Made by a program: the position numbers and the translations under genes. A stretch of 64,000 bases of DNA, from NCBI RefSeq assembly GCF_028368995.1, contig NZ_JAQNDL010000002.1, positions 1,216,001-1,280,000 of the forward strand. The letters run 5' to 3'. The stretch is from Nannocystis bainbridge. Its GTDB lineage: Bacteria; Myxococcota_A; Polyangia; Nannocystales; Nannocystaceae. Shown here in pieces: positions 19,538 through 34,099 of the stretch (the stretch's first letter is position 1; each line of letters starts with the position of its first letter). The notes under the pieces are model-generated. The model worked only from the letters and a program-made list of their open reading frames with translations. It was not told the origin of the DNA and ran no database searches.

Positions 19538-20950
19538 ATGTCCGAACGACCCGCAAACCGGCCCACCGCGATCCTCGTCGGCGTTCAGCTGCCCGGCGTC
19601 GGCGACACGGAGTACGCCGCCGACCTCGCCGAGCTGGCCCGCCTCGTCGACACTCTCGGCTACGACGTCACCGCGACGCTGTCCCAGCGACGCGAGGCGC
19701 TCAGCAAGTCGGTGGTGCTCGGCGAGGGCAAGCTGCGCGAGCTGGCCGAGCTCACCGGCGGCCGCGGCTACGTGCCCTCGGCCGTGCCCCTGCGCAAGGA
19801 CAAGGCCCGCCAGCGCCGCGAGGACGGCAGCAGCGAGGGGGACGACGAGGTCGAGTTCGACGACTTCGAGGAGGACGACGGCCAGGTGCCGATCGTCGGC
19901 AAAGATGTCCCCGAGGACAGCAAGAAGCGACCGGGCCTGGTCGCGGTCGACCACGAGCTCGGACCCAGCCAGGCGCGCAACCTCGAGAAGGCGACAGGGG
20001 TGCAGGTGCTCGACCGCACCGGCGTGATCGTCGAGATCTTCCACCGCCACGCACGCAGCCGCGAGGCCAAGCTGCAGGTCGAGCTGGCCCGCCTGGCCTA
20101 TGTCGCGCCGCGCCTGCGCGAGACCGGTAACCGCAGCGAACGCCAGGCCGGCCGCGGCGCGGGTGAGACCGAGCTCGAGTTCGATCGCCGGCGGATCCGC
20201 GATCGCATGGCCGAGATCCGGCGCGAGCTCGAGGCGGTCCACCGCGAGCAGGACCACCGCCGCGAGCACCGCGCGGGCCAGCCGACGGTCGCCCTGGTCG
20301 GCTACACCAACGCCGGCAAGAGCTCGCTGATGCGCGCGCTGACGGGCAGCGAGGTGCTGGTCGCCGATCAGCTGTTCGCCACCCTCGACACCACCGTGCG
20401 CGCGCTCCACCCCGAGGCGCACCCGCGGATCCTGGTCTCCGACACCGTCGGCTTCATCAAGAAGCTGCCGCACGACCTGGTCGCCTCGTTCCGCTCGACC
20501 CTCGACGAGGCTCGCCACGCCGGCCTGCTGCTGTTCCTGGTCGACGCGTCCGATCCGACCTTCCGCGACCAGTACGCGGTCACCCGCGAGGTCATCGGCG
20601 AGATCGGGGCCAACCACGCCGCTTCGCGCCTGATCCTCAACAAGGTCGATCGCCTCGACGAAGCCCAGCGCGAGGAGCTGCGGATCGAGTTCCCCGACGC
20701 GATCCAGATGTCGGCCATCGACAAGGGCGACGTGGCCCGCCTGCACGCGACGATCGTGGCGTTCTTCGGGCAGTCGCTGATCGAGGCCGAACTGCTGATC
20801 CCGTGGCCGCAGCACGCCCTGGTCGGCCAGCTCCACGGCGAGGCGCAGGTGCTGTCCGAGGTCCACGAGGAGGACGGCACGCGCGTGCGCGTGCGCATCG
20901 AGCCCGAGACGCTCAAGCGCGTGCGCGCGGCGCTGGGCGAGGAGACGTAG
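19538..20950 (+). CDS. hflX: GTPase HflX
   Basis: EIFHRHARSREAKLQVELA, GRGAGETELE, GYTNAGKSS, LFATLDT, DTVGFI and NKVD motifs. Confidence 0.97.
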   Translation: MSERPANRPTAILVGVQLPGVGDTEYAADLAELARLVDTLGYDVTATLSQRREALSKSVVLGEGKLRELAELTGGRGYVPSAVPLRKDKARQRREDGSSEGDDEVEFDDFEEDDGQVPIVGKDVPEDSKKRPGLVAVDHELGPSQARNLEKATGVQVLDRTGVIVEIFHRHARSREAKLQVELARLAYVAPRLRETGNRSERQAGRGAGETELEFDRRRIRDRMAEIRRELEAVHREQDHRREHRAGQPTVALVGYTNAGKSSLMRALTGSEVLVADQLFATLDTTVRALHPEAHPRILVSDTVGFIKKLPHDLVASFRSTLDEARHAGLLLFLVDASDPTFRDQYAVTREVIGEIGANHAASRLILNKVDRLDEAQREELRIEFPDAIQMSAIDKGDVARLHATIVAFFGQSLIEAELLIPWPQHALVGQLHGEAQVLSEVHEEDGTRVRVRIEPETLKRVRAALGEET

Positions 20951-21111
20951 CCCGGGGCGAGGCGGCCGATCGCCGCCCCGGGGACGCCGGAGCGGCGCCA
21001 CCGCGTCGAGGTGCGCCCGATCGCCGGGCGAGTGTTGCGCTGTAGCGATCCGGCGAGCGGCCGCTCGCGTGCTCGGCCCGGTGGTCCTGGCCTGATATCA
21101 TCGCGCTCGCC

Positions 21112-21507
21112 ATGGCCGACGATCCCGAGGCGCGACGGGTGACCGAGCTGCTCGACCGGCTCACGCGCGGCGAGCTCGGCGAGGCCGAGGCCGAGGAGCT
21201 CGAGCTGTACGCCCAGAGCGATCCGGAGCTGCGGGCTGTCATCGCGGCGCGGACCAGCCAGGCGGCGCTCGGCGGCGGATGGCTGGCGCGGGTCGAGGCC
21301 GACCACCGGATCGCGCGCGCCGAGCGGTCGCCGCGGGTGATGTTCGAGCGCGGGCTCGGCGGCGTCCTGGTCGCGCTCGGCCTCGTCGCCTCGGTCGTCG
21401 CGCCGGTGCTCGGGCCGGGGCTGGCGGCCTTCGGCCTGGCCGTGCTCGCGTACTCGTGGATCCGCGTGAATCACCGTCAGGACCCCTACAAGGACATTCA
21501 GCGATGA
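21112..21507 (+). CDS. Hypothetical membrane protein (2 TM)
   Basis: C-terminal TM hairpin ending DPYKDIQR; overlaps the next gene (ATGA). Confidence 0.75.
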   Translation: MADDPEARRVTELLDRLTRGELGEAEAEELELYAQSDPELRAVIAARTSQAALGGGWLARVEADHRIARAERSPRVMFERGLGGVLVALGLVASVVAPVLGPGLAAFGLAVLAYSWIRVNHRQDPYKDIQR

Positions 21508-21887
21508 CCAGCACCCCCGCCGTCCTCCACGCCGCCGACCTCGCGCACCGCAAGGCGGGCGAGATGCTCGTGACCACCACCGAGTCGGTGCCGGGGTTCC
21601 GCGTGGTGCGGGTGCTCGGGCTGGTCCGCGGCAACACGGTCCGCACCCGCAACGTCGGCCAGGACTTCCTCGCCGGTCTGCGCAACCTGGTCGGCGGCGA
21701 GGTGACGCAGTACACCGCGATGCTGTCGCAGAGCCGCGAACAGGCGCTCGACCGCATGCGCGCGGAGGCGCTGGCCCTCGGGGCCAACGCGATCATCGCC
21801 ATGCGCCTGACGACCTCGACGGTGATGGCCGGGGCGGCCGAGATCCTGGCGTACGGGACCGGGGTGATCCTGGCGCCGGTGGAGTGA
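21504..21887 (+). CDS. YbjQ/UPF0145 family protein
   Basis: MLVTTTESVPG..LGLVRG..GGEVTQYT..REQALDRM...GANAIIAMR...EILAYGT. Confidence 0.93.
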   Translation: MTSTPAVLHAADLAHRKAGEMLVTTTESVPGFRVVRVLGLVRGNTVRTRNVGQDFLAGLRNLVGGEVTQYTAMLSQSREQALDRMRAEALALGANAIIAMRLTTSTVMAGAAEILAYGTGVILAPVE

Positions 21888-21899
21888 GCTGGCCTTGTA

Positions 21900-23788
<1,889 letters not shown>

Positions 23789-24040
23789 CACAGTCGCCTG
23801 GAAGTTCTCCGAGGGTTGGCGGGGGTGACCGCTGGTGCTCCGAGCCATACGGCGCCGGAGGCGACCCCTGGAGAACGTCGGGTTCGCTGTATCAGGCGGT
23901 CGGGTGACCCGCGAAATTCACGGCCGGCCCGGCGCGGGCAATGGTCGGGCAGCCCGGGGGTGCACGTCAACCCGGGCAGCGTCGACGGAAAGCGTCCTGG
24001 GGGACATCTGATTTCGAATCACGCGCGACGCTGTGCTGGA

Positions 24041-24130
24041 GGCATGTCGCGAAGACTCATGATGTCCTTCGGGACATGTCGTTAAAAAGTTTCTTCGGAC
24101 ATGTCCTCAAGGACATTTATGTTCATGTCG
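24041..24130. repeat. Cluster of 14-bp motif copies
   Basis: Perfect TGTCC-N4-GGACA at 24063-24076 and 24102-24115, with flanking CATG units; only partly in phase. Confidence 0.8.
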
Positions 24131-25004
24131 CGCGGGGCGGGCGAGTGATGACGAAGCGCGGGCAGGTGTCGGCGTCGTCCCTCAGCCAGCGCTGCGGGCC
24201 AGCGGCGGACTCGCGCAGGCGGTCGTCGGCGGCGCGCCACAGCTGATCGAGGTTGGCGGGCAACTGGCACGTCGCGGCGAACTGCGCCGGATCGGCGAGG
24301 TCGCGCCAGATCTGCTGGCAGTAGGCCAGCAGGTCGTTCTCGTAGAAGCGGAGCAGCGGGGCCGAGACGAGCGGCCCGCGGTGCCAGCGACGCAGGCCGT
24401 CGCCGAGGGCGCGGCCAAGCTCGAGCAGGAGCGGGCGCGGGACCCGGTGCGTGAGCAGCAGGTGCTTGCTCAGGTCGTGCTGGACGCCGAAGAAGTGGTA
24501 GTCGCGGCCGGCCCGCACGCGCCGCGGCTCGGGCAGGCGCAGGCGAGCGGCCGCGGCCAGGGCGGTGTAGTAGGTGCCGGCGCCGAGAGCGATCGGGACC
24601 TCGCCCCGCAGGTTGCCTTCGAGCCATGTCCGTTTGTTCATGGCCGAAGAGACAGCCTGATAGTAGCGCGGGCGCGGGCCGAGGTCGGGCACCCGCGCGA
24701 TCAGGCTGGCCGGGGCCGGGGCGCCGTCGACGAAGCCGCGCGCGTCCCAGGTGAAGCCGAGCCGCTGCAGCCAGGCGCGCACGGCCGGGTGACCGCCGAG
24801 GACGTCGACGCGCCCGACCACGGCGGCGTGGGCCCGGGTGTCGTGGGCGGGGAAGCGGAGCAGCAGGCCGTGGTCGTCACGCGCGAGCGCGGGCGCGACG
24901 CCGAAGCGGCGGCGGTAGGCGGCGATGAACGGGCGCAGCAAAGCGGCCTCGGCGTCGGGACCGGCCGGCTGGGGCAGCGGCGCGGTGGCGGCGTCGAGGA
25001 GCAT
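24123..25004 (-). CDS. Hypothetical protein downstream of the radical SAM gene
   Basis: ATG at 25004, 26 bp after the rSAM stop; 293 aa; contains HFFGVQHDLSKH and FYENDL; no family recognised. Confidence 0.7.
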   Translation of the reverse strand: MLLDAATAPLPQPAGPDAEAALLRPFIAAYRRRFGVAPALARDDHGLLLRFPAHDTRAHAAVVGRVDVLGGHPAVRAWLQRLGFTWDARGFVDGAPAPASLIARVPDLGPRPRYYQAVSSAMNKRTWLEGNLRGEVPIALGAGTYYTALAAAARLRLPEPRRVRAGRDYHFFGVQHDLSKHLLLTHRVPRPLLLELGRALGDGLRRWHRGPLVSAPLLRFYENDLLAYCQQIWRDLADPAQFAATCQLPANLDQLWRAADDRLRESAAGPQRWLRDDADTCPRFVITRPPRAT

Positions 25005-25030
25005 GCGCGGCGCTGGGCGGCGGGCGAGCG

Positions 25031-26083
25031 TCAGGGCACCGGGACGAATTCGTCCCAGCCGTAGCGGCGCAGGTAGTTGCCCCACACGCCCTCGCACACG
25101 GGCTCGTAGCGGCAAGCGGCGCACTCGGGCCGCTTGTGACGGGCGCTGTCGTCGAGGTCGGCGCGGCGCACGGCGACGAGCCCGCCGTCGGGCCCGGAGC
25201 GCCGCTCGGCCAGGCGATCGGCAGGGATGAGGTCGGTGTGCACGGCCACCGGCGGCTCGAAGTGGACGTAGTCCTCGACGTAGCCGCGGTTGTGATCGGG
25301 CAGCCGCGTGGTGGTGCACAGCGGGATGTCGACGAAGAACGCCTGGACCTGGCGCTCGCGCGCGGAGGCCTGCTGCAGGAACCCTTCGGCGGCCGCGGCG
25401 ATCTCGGTGTAGGTCGGGAACAGCTGGTCGAAGAAGGTGTTGGCGCGGCCGTTCGCCTGCATGACGTTGAACACGACCTGGTCGACCCCGCGCTCGCGCA
25501 GGAACACGTAGATCTCGTGGAGGTGCGGCAGGTTGCGCTTGGTGACGACGGTGCTGGTGTGCAGCGCGACGCCGAGCCGCTTGTAGCGGGCGATCGTGGC
25601 GATCCCGCCGACCGTCTGCTCGAAGCTGCCCGGGGTGCGGGTGAGGGCGTCGTGCAGCTTGGCGGTGTGGCCGTGGATGCTGACGTAGACCTTGTTGAGC
25701 CCGGCGGACAGCAAGAGGCGCGCGTAGCGGTCATAGCTGAGCGCGCGACCATTGGTCATCATGCTGATCTGGCGCGCACCTGCCTCTTTGGCCATCTTCA
25801 CCCAGACGGGCAGCCGCTGGTTGGTGGTCGGCTCGCCGGAGGTGAAGCACACCTCCTCGAAGGCGTCGTGCTGACCGAGGATCCAGCGCACGGTCTCGTC
25901 GGTGGTGGCGGAGTTGACGACGTAGCGGCCGTCGCGGTCCTCCTCCATGCAAAAGATGCAATTGTTGTTGCACACCGCGCCGGTCAGGATATGCACCCGC
26001 GGGGCCTTGCCGGCGATCCGCGCCTCGATCGCACCGCCAGCGGACGGGCGTTCACCAGGAGCCGTGGGAGCCGTGCGATCCAT
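25031..26083 (-). CDS. Radical SAM enzyme, His-Xaa-Ser system (HxsC-like) peptide maturase; start uncertain
   Basis: CNNNCIFC (CxxxCxxC), TSGEPT, MMTNGR, VSIHG..HDALTRTPGSF, DIPLC; C-terminal CAACRYEPVCEG auxiliary-cluster motif. Confidence 0.88.
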   Translation of the reverse strand: MDRTAPTAPGERPSAGGAIEARIAGKAPRVHILTGAVCNNNCIFCMEEDRDGRYVVNSATTDETVRWILGQHDAFEEVCFTSGEPTTNQRLPVWVKMAKEAGARQISMMTNGRALSYDRYARLLLSAGLNKVYVSIHGHTAKLHDALTRTPGSFEQTVGGIATIARYKRLGVALHTSTVVTKRNLPHLHEIYVFLRERGVDQVVFNVMQANGRANTFFDQLFPTYTEIAAAAEGFLQQASARERQVQAFFVDIPLCTTTRLPDHNRGYVEDYVHFEPPVAVHTDLIPADRLAERRSGPDGGLVAVRRADLDDSARHKRPECAACRYEPVCEGVWGNYLRRYGWDEFVPVP

Positions 26084-26315
26084 GCGAGCCGTGCGATCCA
26101 TGCGAGCCGTGCGAACCGTGCGAGCCGTGCGAACCGTGCGACGCGTGACCGGGGTCGCCGGGGGCGAAGGTGGCCGCGGCGACGAGGTCGCCGCTCGGCA
26201 CGCCCGTCTCGGCGTACTCCAGCGCCTTGTCCGAGATCTCACGGTGTTCGGGTCCAAGCACGGCGCTGGCCTTCTTGCGAAAGGAGACGAGCTCGTCAGG
26301 ATCAGAGGCGGCCAT
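26052..26315 (-). CDS. His-Xaa-Ser repeat precursor peptide (HxsA-like), 87 aa ending HAS(HGS)9W
   Basis: Ten 9-bp repeats (26058-26147) with synonymous variation that preserves His-x-Ser only in this frame; directly upstream of the rSAM gene. Confidence 0.88.
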   Translation of the reverse strand: MAASDPDELVSFRKKASAVLGPEHREISDKALEYAETGVPSGDLVAAATFAPGDPGHASHGSHGSHGSHGSHGSHGSHGSHGSHGSW

Positions 26316-26483
26316 GGCTGCACCATAGCCGAACCTCCGCGCGGCTCGCAGCACGAACCAGTGAGAACGCGCGGGGCCGGTGCGAAGCGGCGGTAGCACC
26401 GACCGAACGGCTCCAGAAGCGGCTTTGCCGACAACTTGACACCGCACGGGCCCCGCCCGTAGCGTCCCAGAAAGGCTCTACGC

Positions 26484-27404
26484 ATGCAGATTCGGGTACT
26501 TTCTCTCGCGCTCCTGGTCGCCGCGGGCTCGACGTCCGGCTGCAGCGACGACTTCGAGCTGCCCAACAGCTCCGGCGTACCGACGGCGCCCGACGGCGCG
26601 ACGACCACGACGACGGGCGAGACGCCGACGACCTCGACGCAGGGGACGACCGCCGTGGACACGACCACCACGGGCGATCCGACCGGCGAGCCGACCAGCT
26701 CGACCACCGACCCGACGGCGGGCGGCATGTGCAACATCTACGACCAGGACTGCTCCGGCGACGAGAAGTGCACCGCGTACGCGAGCCCCAACACGTTCAT
26801 CCCCGAGGGCATCAAGTGCGTGCCGGTGCCCGACAACCCGAAGGCCGCCAATGAGCCGTGCAACGTCGGTCCCGAGGGCCTCGGCGACGACAACTGCGAG
26901 CTCGGCACGGTCTGCCTCGACCTCGACTTCAACGGCTCGGGCTTCTGCCTGCCGTACTGCACCGGCGACTCGCAGAACCCGGTCTGCGAGGGCAGCGACA
27001 CCACCTGCGTTAAGCTGTTCTTCGGCTACGACTTCGGCAACTGCTTCAAGCAGTGCGACCCGCTGCTGCAGGACTGCGCCGAGGGCGAGGGCTGCTACAT
27101 GGACGCGATCAAGGTCGGCAACACGGGCTTCGTGTGCCTGCCGGTCGTGCAGGGCGGGGCCGAAGCGACCTTCCAGGACACGTGCATCGGCTGGTCGTCG
27201 TGCGCGCCCGGGTTCGCCTGTGTGTTCGACGCGCTGGTGCCCGAGTGCTCGTTCTCATACTGCTGCTCGCCGTGGTGCGACGTGTCCGAGGGCGACGACG
27301 CATGTCAGGCGCTCGACGAGAAGATGTCGTGCATCGCCTGGTACAGCGAGGGACAGGCGCCGCCGGGGTTCGAGAACGTCGGGGTCTGCGGGATCCCCGA
27401 GTAG
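26484..27404 (+). CDS. Cys-rich lipoprotein with Thr-rich linker
   Basis: Lipobox TSGC; repeated C-[ND]-x3-QDC-x2-[GD]E-x-C modules; about 20 Cys. Confidence 0.85.
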   Translation: MQIRVLSLALLVAAGSTSGCSDDFELPNSSGVPTAPDGATTTTTGETPTTSTQGTTAVDTTTTGDPTGEPTSSTTDPTAGGMCNIYDQDCSGDEKCTAYASPNTFIPEGIKCVPVPDNPKAANEPCNVGPEGLGDDNCELGTVCLDLDFNGSGFCLPYCTGDSQNPVCEGSDTTCVKLFFGYDFGNCFKQCDPLLQDCAEGEGCYMDAIKVGNTGFVCLPVVQGGAEATFQDTCIGWSSCAPGFACVFDALVPECSFSYCCSPWCDVSEGDDACQALDEKMSCIAWYSEGQAPPGFENVGVCGIPE

Positions 27405-27625
27405 GGGGTCCCCGGCGTTTTTGGCCGGGGCCCGCGCAGTTTACGCTGTCAAATCAGCGTTTGGCCCTGGAAAAGGCGAGAACGCGGCGGAATTCGGGGT
27501 TTTCGCGCGATCGATGGCGAAGTGGCGTGAGTCGGTAAAGCTGCCGTAAACTCACCGCCCGGGCCGTCCCGGCGGTGTATCAAAAGCCGCCGGGGGCCAC
27601 TGCGGCCCCCACGGAGGAGACTCAG

Positions 27626-28345
27626 ATGCCAATGTCTCGGACAACTCGCCTCACCCTGCCGATGCTGCTCGCGCTGTTCGCGACGCAGCTTGCCGCCTGC
27701 GCGCCGACCATGTTCGACGACGCGACGGCGCTGGCCGTCGTAGGGGACCCGCCGCCGCTTCCGGCGCCGCCGCCGCCGCCGCCACCACCTCCCGAGCCGG
27801 AGCCGGAGCCGCCGAAGCGCGTGGTGGTCGAGGACAACAAGATCTCGATCAACGAGAAGATCCAGTTCGACCTCGACAAGGCGACGATCCGCCCCGAGTC
27901 GGACGGCCTGATGGCCGAGATCATCTCGGTCATCAAGGAGAACCCGCACATCAAGAAGATCGCCATCGAGGGCCACACCTCGAGCGAGGGCACCGACAAG
28001 CACAACCTCAAGCTGTCGGACGCGCGCGCCAAGGCGGTCATGGACTACTTCGTGAAGAAGGGCGCCCTGCCCAAGGAGATGTTCACGGCCAAGGGCTACG
28101 GCGAGACCCGCCTCATCGCCGACGAGTCGTCGGAAGAGGGCAAGGAGAAGAACCGTCGCGTCGAGTTCAACATCATCGAGCAGGACGTGACGAAGAAGAA
28201 GGTCGAGATCGACCCGAAGACCGGCCAGAAGAAGATCGTCGAGGAGTCGACCTCGACCGTCGAGAACCCGTCGCCCGAGACGCCGGCCGAGGGTGGTGCC
28301 GCCGCGCCTGCTCCCGCCGCCGACCCGGCCAAGGCCACCAAGTAA
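27626..28345 (+). CDS. OmpA-family (peptidoglycan-binding) lipoprotein
   Basis: GGAGG RBS; lipobox LAAC; Pro linker; IEGHT, NLKLSDARAKAV, GYGE and KNRRVEF motifs. Confidence 0.93.
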   Translation: MPMSRTTRLTLPMLLALFATQLAACAPTMFDDATALAVVGDPPPLPAPPPPPPPPPEPEPEPPKRVVVEDNKISINEKIQFDLDKATIRPESDGLMAEIISVIKENPHIKKIAIEGHTSSEGTDKHNLKLSDARAKAVMDYFVKKGALPKEMFTAKGYGETRLIADESSEEGKEKNRRVEFNIIEQDVTKKKVEIDPKTGQKKIVEESTSTVENPSPETPAEGGAAAPAPAADPAKATK

Positions 28346-28361
28346 AGAGGGAGCCACGAAC

Positions 28362-28748
28362 ATGCGCATTTCCACGATCCTCTGCTCCCTGCTGGTCGCC
28401 GCGGTCACGACCGCCTGCGCCGGCGTCAAGCGCGACGCGGAGACCTACCGCGCCGACACCCGCTCGGTGCTCGAGACCAAGAACAGCGCCGTGAAGGCCT
28501 GCTACGACCAGGCCCTGGTCGACGACCAGAGCGTCAGCGGCGAGGTCCTGGTCCGCTTCAAGGTCGAGAAGAAGACCGGGCGGCTCTACGACGTCGCCGT
28601 CGACCCGGCCGGCACCCAGGCGCCCGAGGCGCTGCAGTCGTGCATCGTCCGCGCCGTCGACGGCCTGGTCCTCGACCCGGTCGACCGCCGCGAGGGCATC
28701 GCCTCGTACAAGTACACGTTCAAGGCCAACCCGCCGGTCCAGCTCTGA
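28362..28748 (+). CDS. Lipoprotein with AgmX/PglI C-terminal (TonB-C-like) domain
   Basis: Lipobox TTAC; VKACYDQAL...GEVLVRFKV...LQSCIVRAV...YKYTF pattern. Confidence 0.75.
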   Translation: MRISTILCSLLVAAVTTACAGVKRDAETYRADTRSVLETKNSAVKACYDQALVDDQSVSGEVLVRFKVEKKTGRLYDVAVDPAGTQAPEALQSCIVRAVDGLVLDPVDRREGIASYKYTFKANPPVQL

Positions 28749-28816
28749 GCGGACCGGCGTGGCGTTCGCGGCCGTCGGGGCGTGCCCCGGCGGCCGTGTT
28801 CGCGAGCGGCGGAGGC

Positions 28817-29065
28817 GATATGTCCATCAAGCAATGTCCATGAGGACATGGCCTTTAGGACACGTCGACCGAGCGCGCCGCGGCTGAGATGGGGCGCCGC
28901 AGACCGCCAGGAGCGGCGGACCTCGGATCGAGCCGCGGCCGGGATGGTTGGGTTTGGAATAAGATGTCCTTCAGGGCATGGTCTTGAGGACATGCATTTT
29001 AGGGCATGCGGTTTGAGACATGTCCGAAGAGAAATGTCTCTTTGGACATGACCTTGGGGGACACG

Positions 29066-29066
<1 letters not shown>
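28817..29066. repeat. Two 14-bp-phased arrays (4 units at 28817-28872; 7 units at 28961-29058)
   Basis: aagatgtccttcag / ggcatggtcttgag / gacatgcattttag / ggcatgcggtttga / gacatgtccgaaga / gaaatgtctctttg / gacatgaccttggg; lies between convergent genes. Confidence 0.9.
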
Positions 29067-32314
<3,248 letters not shown>

Positions 32315-32326
32315 CGGCCGGCTCTC

Positions 32327-33958
32327 TCAGTCGAGGATCCCGTGGATGTACCAGCGGTCGCGCGGGCGGTCGTAGAACAGCCAGGCGATGTCGCCGTGGG
32401 CGGTCTCGGCGAAGTAGTAGTCGCGCTCGACCTCGCGGGCCCACCAGCCGCCGCTGATCCGGTACGGCCCGGCCATGCGCACGACGGCGCCGCGGACCAG
32501 GCCGCTGGCGGCCAGCCAGTGCTCGTCGGCCTCGTCGCGGCGCGGCAGCGGGACCGGCCGCGGGAGCAGGCGCCGGCACAGCGGCGGGGCGGCCAGGGCC
32601 TCATGATGGTTGGCCGGGAGGTCGTGCACGATCGGGCACGTCACGTCGGACACGGGCTCCCAGGCGAAGCTGGCCTCGGGGAGGTGGGCGGAGCGCAGGC
32701 TGGCGCGGGTGACGGCCTGCTCGCCGAACGCGGCGCGGACGCGGGCGAGGGCCCGGGCGGCGGCGGCGAGGTCGCGACCGCGGCCGCGCAGGAGGGCGAG
32801 CTGCTCGGCGCGGGCGCGGGCGCCGAGGCCGACGAGGACGACGCGCTTGACCGGGGCGGCGAGGGTGAGGCCGTCGAGGCGCAGGCGCAGGAGGTCGAGC
32901 AGCTGCAGCAGATCTTCGGGCTCGGCCTGCAGCGGGGCGGCCGGCTCGACGGTGGTGACGGCGGGATCTTCGTGGTCGAGCTCGAGGGTGAGGCGGAGCT
33001 CGACGAGGGCGTCGCCGCCGCTGCAGACCTGGCGTAAGAGACAGGCGATCGGCTCCTTGAGCGCGAACAGCAGCCGCTCGCGGTCGTCGTCGGGCGGGTC
33101 GATCTCGAGCGCGAGCTCGGGCGGATCGTCGGGCTGCGACGGCCGCAGCGGGGCGTGCTCGCGGCCGGAGGCGCGGGCGTGGAGGGCGGCGGCGGCGCTG
33201 CCGAGGCGGGTCCGCACGTCGGCGGCGGGCAGGGCGAGGAAGCCGCCGAGGGTGGAGATCCCGAGCTTCTCGAGGGTGTCCTGAAGGACAGGTGCGAGGT
33301 CGAGCGCGGCGAGCGGGACGGCGCCGACGCGGGCGGCCTCCTCGGCCGGGCTGGCGAGCACGAGCGGGGCGCTCAGCGAGCCGTGGCGGGCCAGGGCGAG
33401 GGTGTGAAAGCGGGTGAAGCCGACGGCGACCCCGGCGGTGTAGCCGAGCGCCTGGAGGTCGCTCCGCAGCCCGCCGGCCCAGGTCGGGAGGTCGCCCTGC
33501 AGCCGCTCGAGGCCGGTGGGATCGAGCCAGAAGACGCCGCGCGGATCGAGGCACGGCTCGACCCGCGGCGAGCGGCGCAGGAGCGCGCGCAGCAGCTCGT
33601 CGGCGGCCTCGTCGAGCATGTCCTCGGGGACAGGTTCGGCGTGGAGATCGGGCACCAGGCCGCGGGCGGCGGCGCAGCGCATGCCGCGAGCGACGCCGCG
33701 GCGCCGCGCGGCCTGGTTGGCCCACAGGACCTCGGCCTGCGGGCCCTCGCGGCGGAGGACGGCGACCGGGGCGCCGCGCAGCTCGGGCCGCCGCCGCAGC
33801 AGGACCTGCAGCGGAAAGGCGGGCAGGTGGGCGCAAGCGAGCCGCGCGGGCGGGTCGAGAGCGAGGCTGTCCTCAGGGACATGTGCCGATGCGCGCGCGC
33901 TGCCGAGGCTCGCAGGCGGAGCTTGGAAGTGGAGCGCGGGCTGGGAGGGACGAGCCAT
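32327..33958 (-). CDS. imuB: ImuB (inactive Y-family polymerase)
   Basis: NQAARRRGVARGM, SPRVEP, LGISTLGGF and C-terminal GPYRISGGWW...RDYYF...W.IHG motifs; cassette position. Confidence 0.92.
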   Translation of the reverse strand: MARPSQPALHFQAPPASLGSARASAHVPEDSLALDPPARLACAHLPAFPLQVLLRRRPELRGAPVAVLRREGPQAEVLWANQAARRRGVARGMRCAAARGLVPDLHAEPVPEDMLDEAADELLRALLRRSPRVEPCLDPRGVFWLDPTGLERLQGDLPTWAGGLRSDLQALGYTAGVAVGFTRFHTLALARHGSLSAPLVLASPAEEAARVGAVPLAALDLAPVLQDTLEKLGISTLGGFLALPAADVRTRLGSAAAALHARASGREHAPLRPSQPDDPPELALEIDPPDDDRERLLFALKEPIACLLRQVCSGGDALVELRLTLELDHEDPAVTTVEPAAPLQAEPEDLLQLLDLLRLRLDGLTLAAPVKRVVLVGLGARARAEQLALLRGRGRDLAAAARALARVRAAFGEQAVTRASLRSAHLPEASFAWEPVSDVTCPIVHDLPANHHEALAAPPLCRRLLPRPVPLPRRDEADEHWLAASGLVRGAVVRMAGPYRISGGWWAREVERDYYFAETAHGDIAWLFYDRPRDRWYIHGILD

Positions 33959-34099
33959 GAGGCGCGGCGCCTTGAAAGGCGAGCGAGCGGAGGAACGAGC
34001 GGAGCGCGGCGAGCGAGAGCGGGGCGAACGGAGCGCTGCGAAGGCGCAGGGGAGCGCGAGCGCGCGGCGGACTGAAGCGCGGACCGGAGCGCGGGCGCG

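Noticed and set aside
26484-27404. Cys-rich lipoprotein as part of the His-Xaa-Ser system
   Set aside because: Divergently transcribed and resembles a commonly expanded myxobacterial lipoprotein type; adjacency is the only link.
33960-34095. Purine-rich GAGCG-like tract between imuA and imuB
   Set aside because: Low complexity with no fixed period or clear structure.
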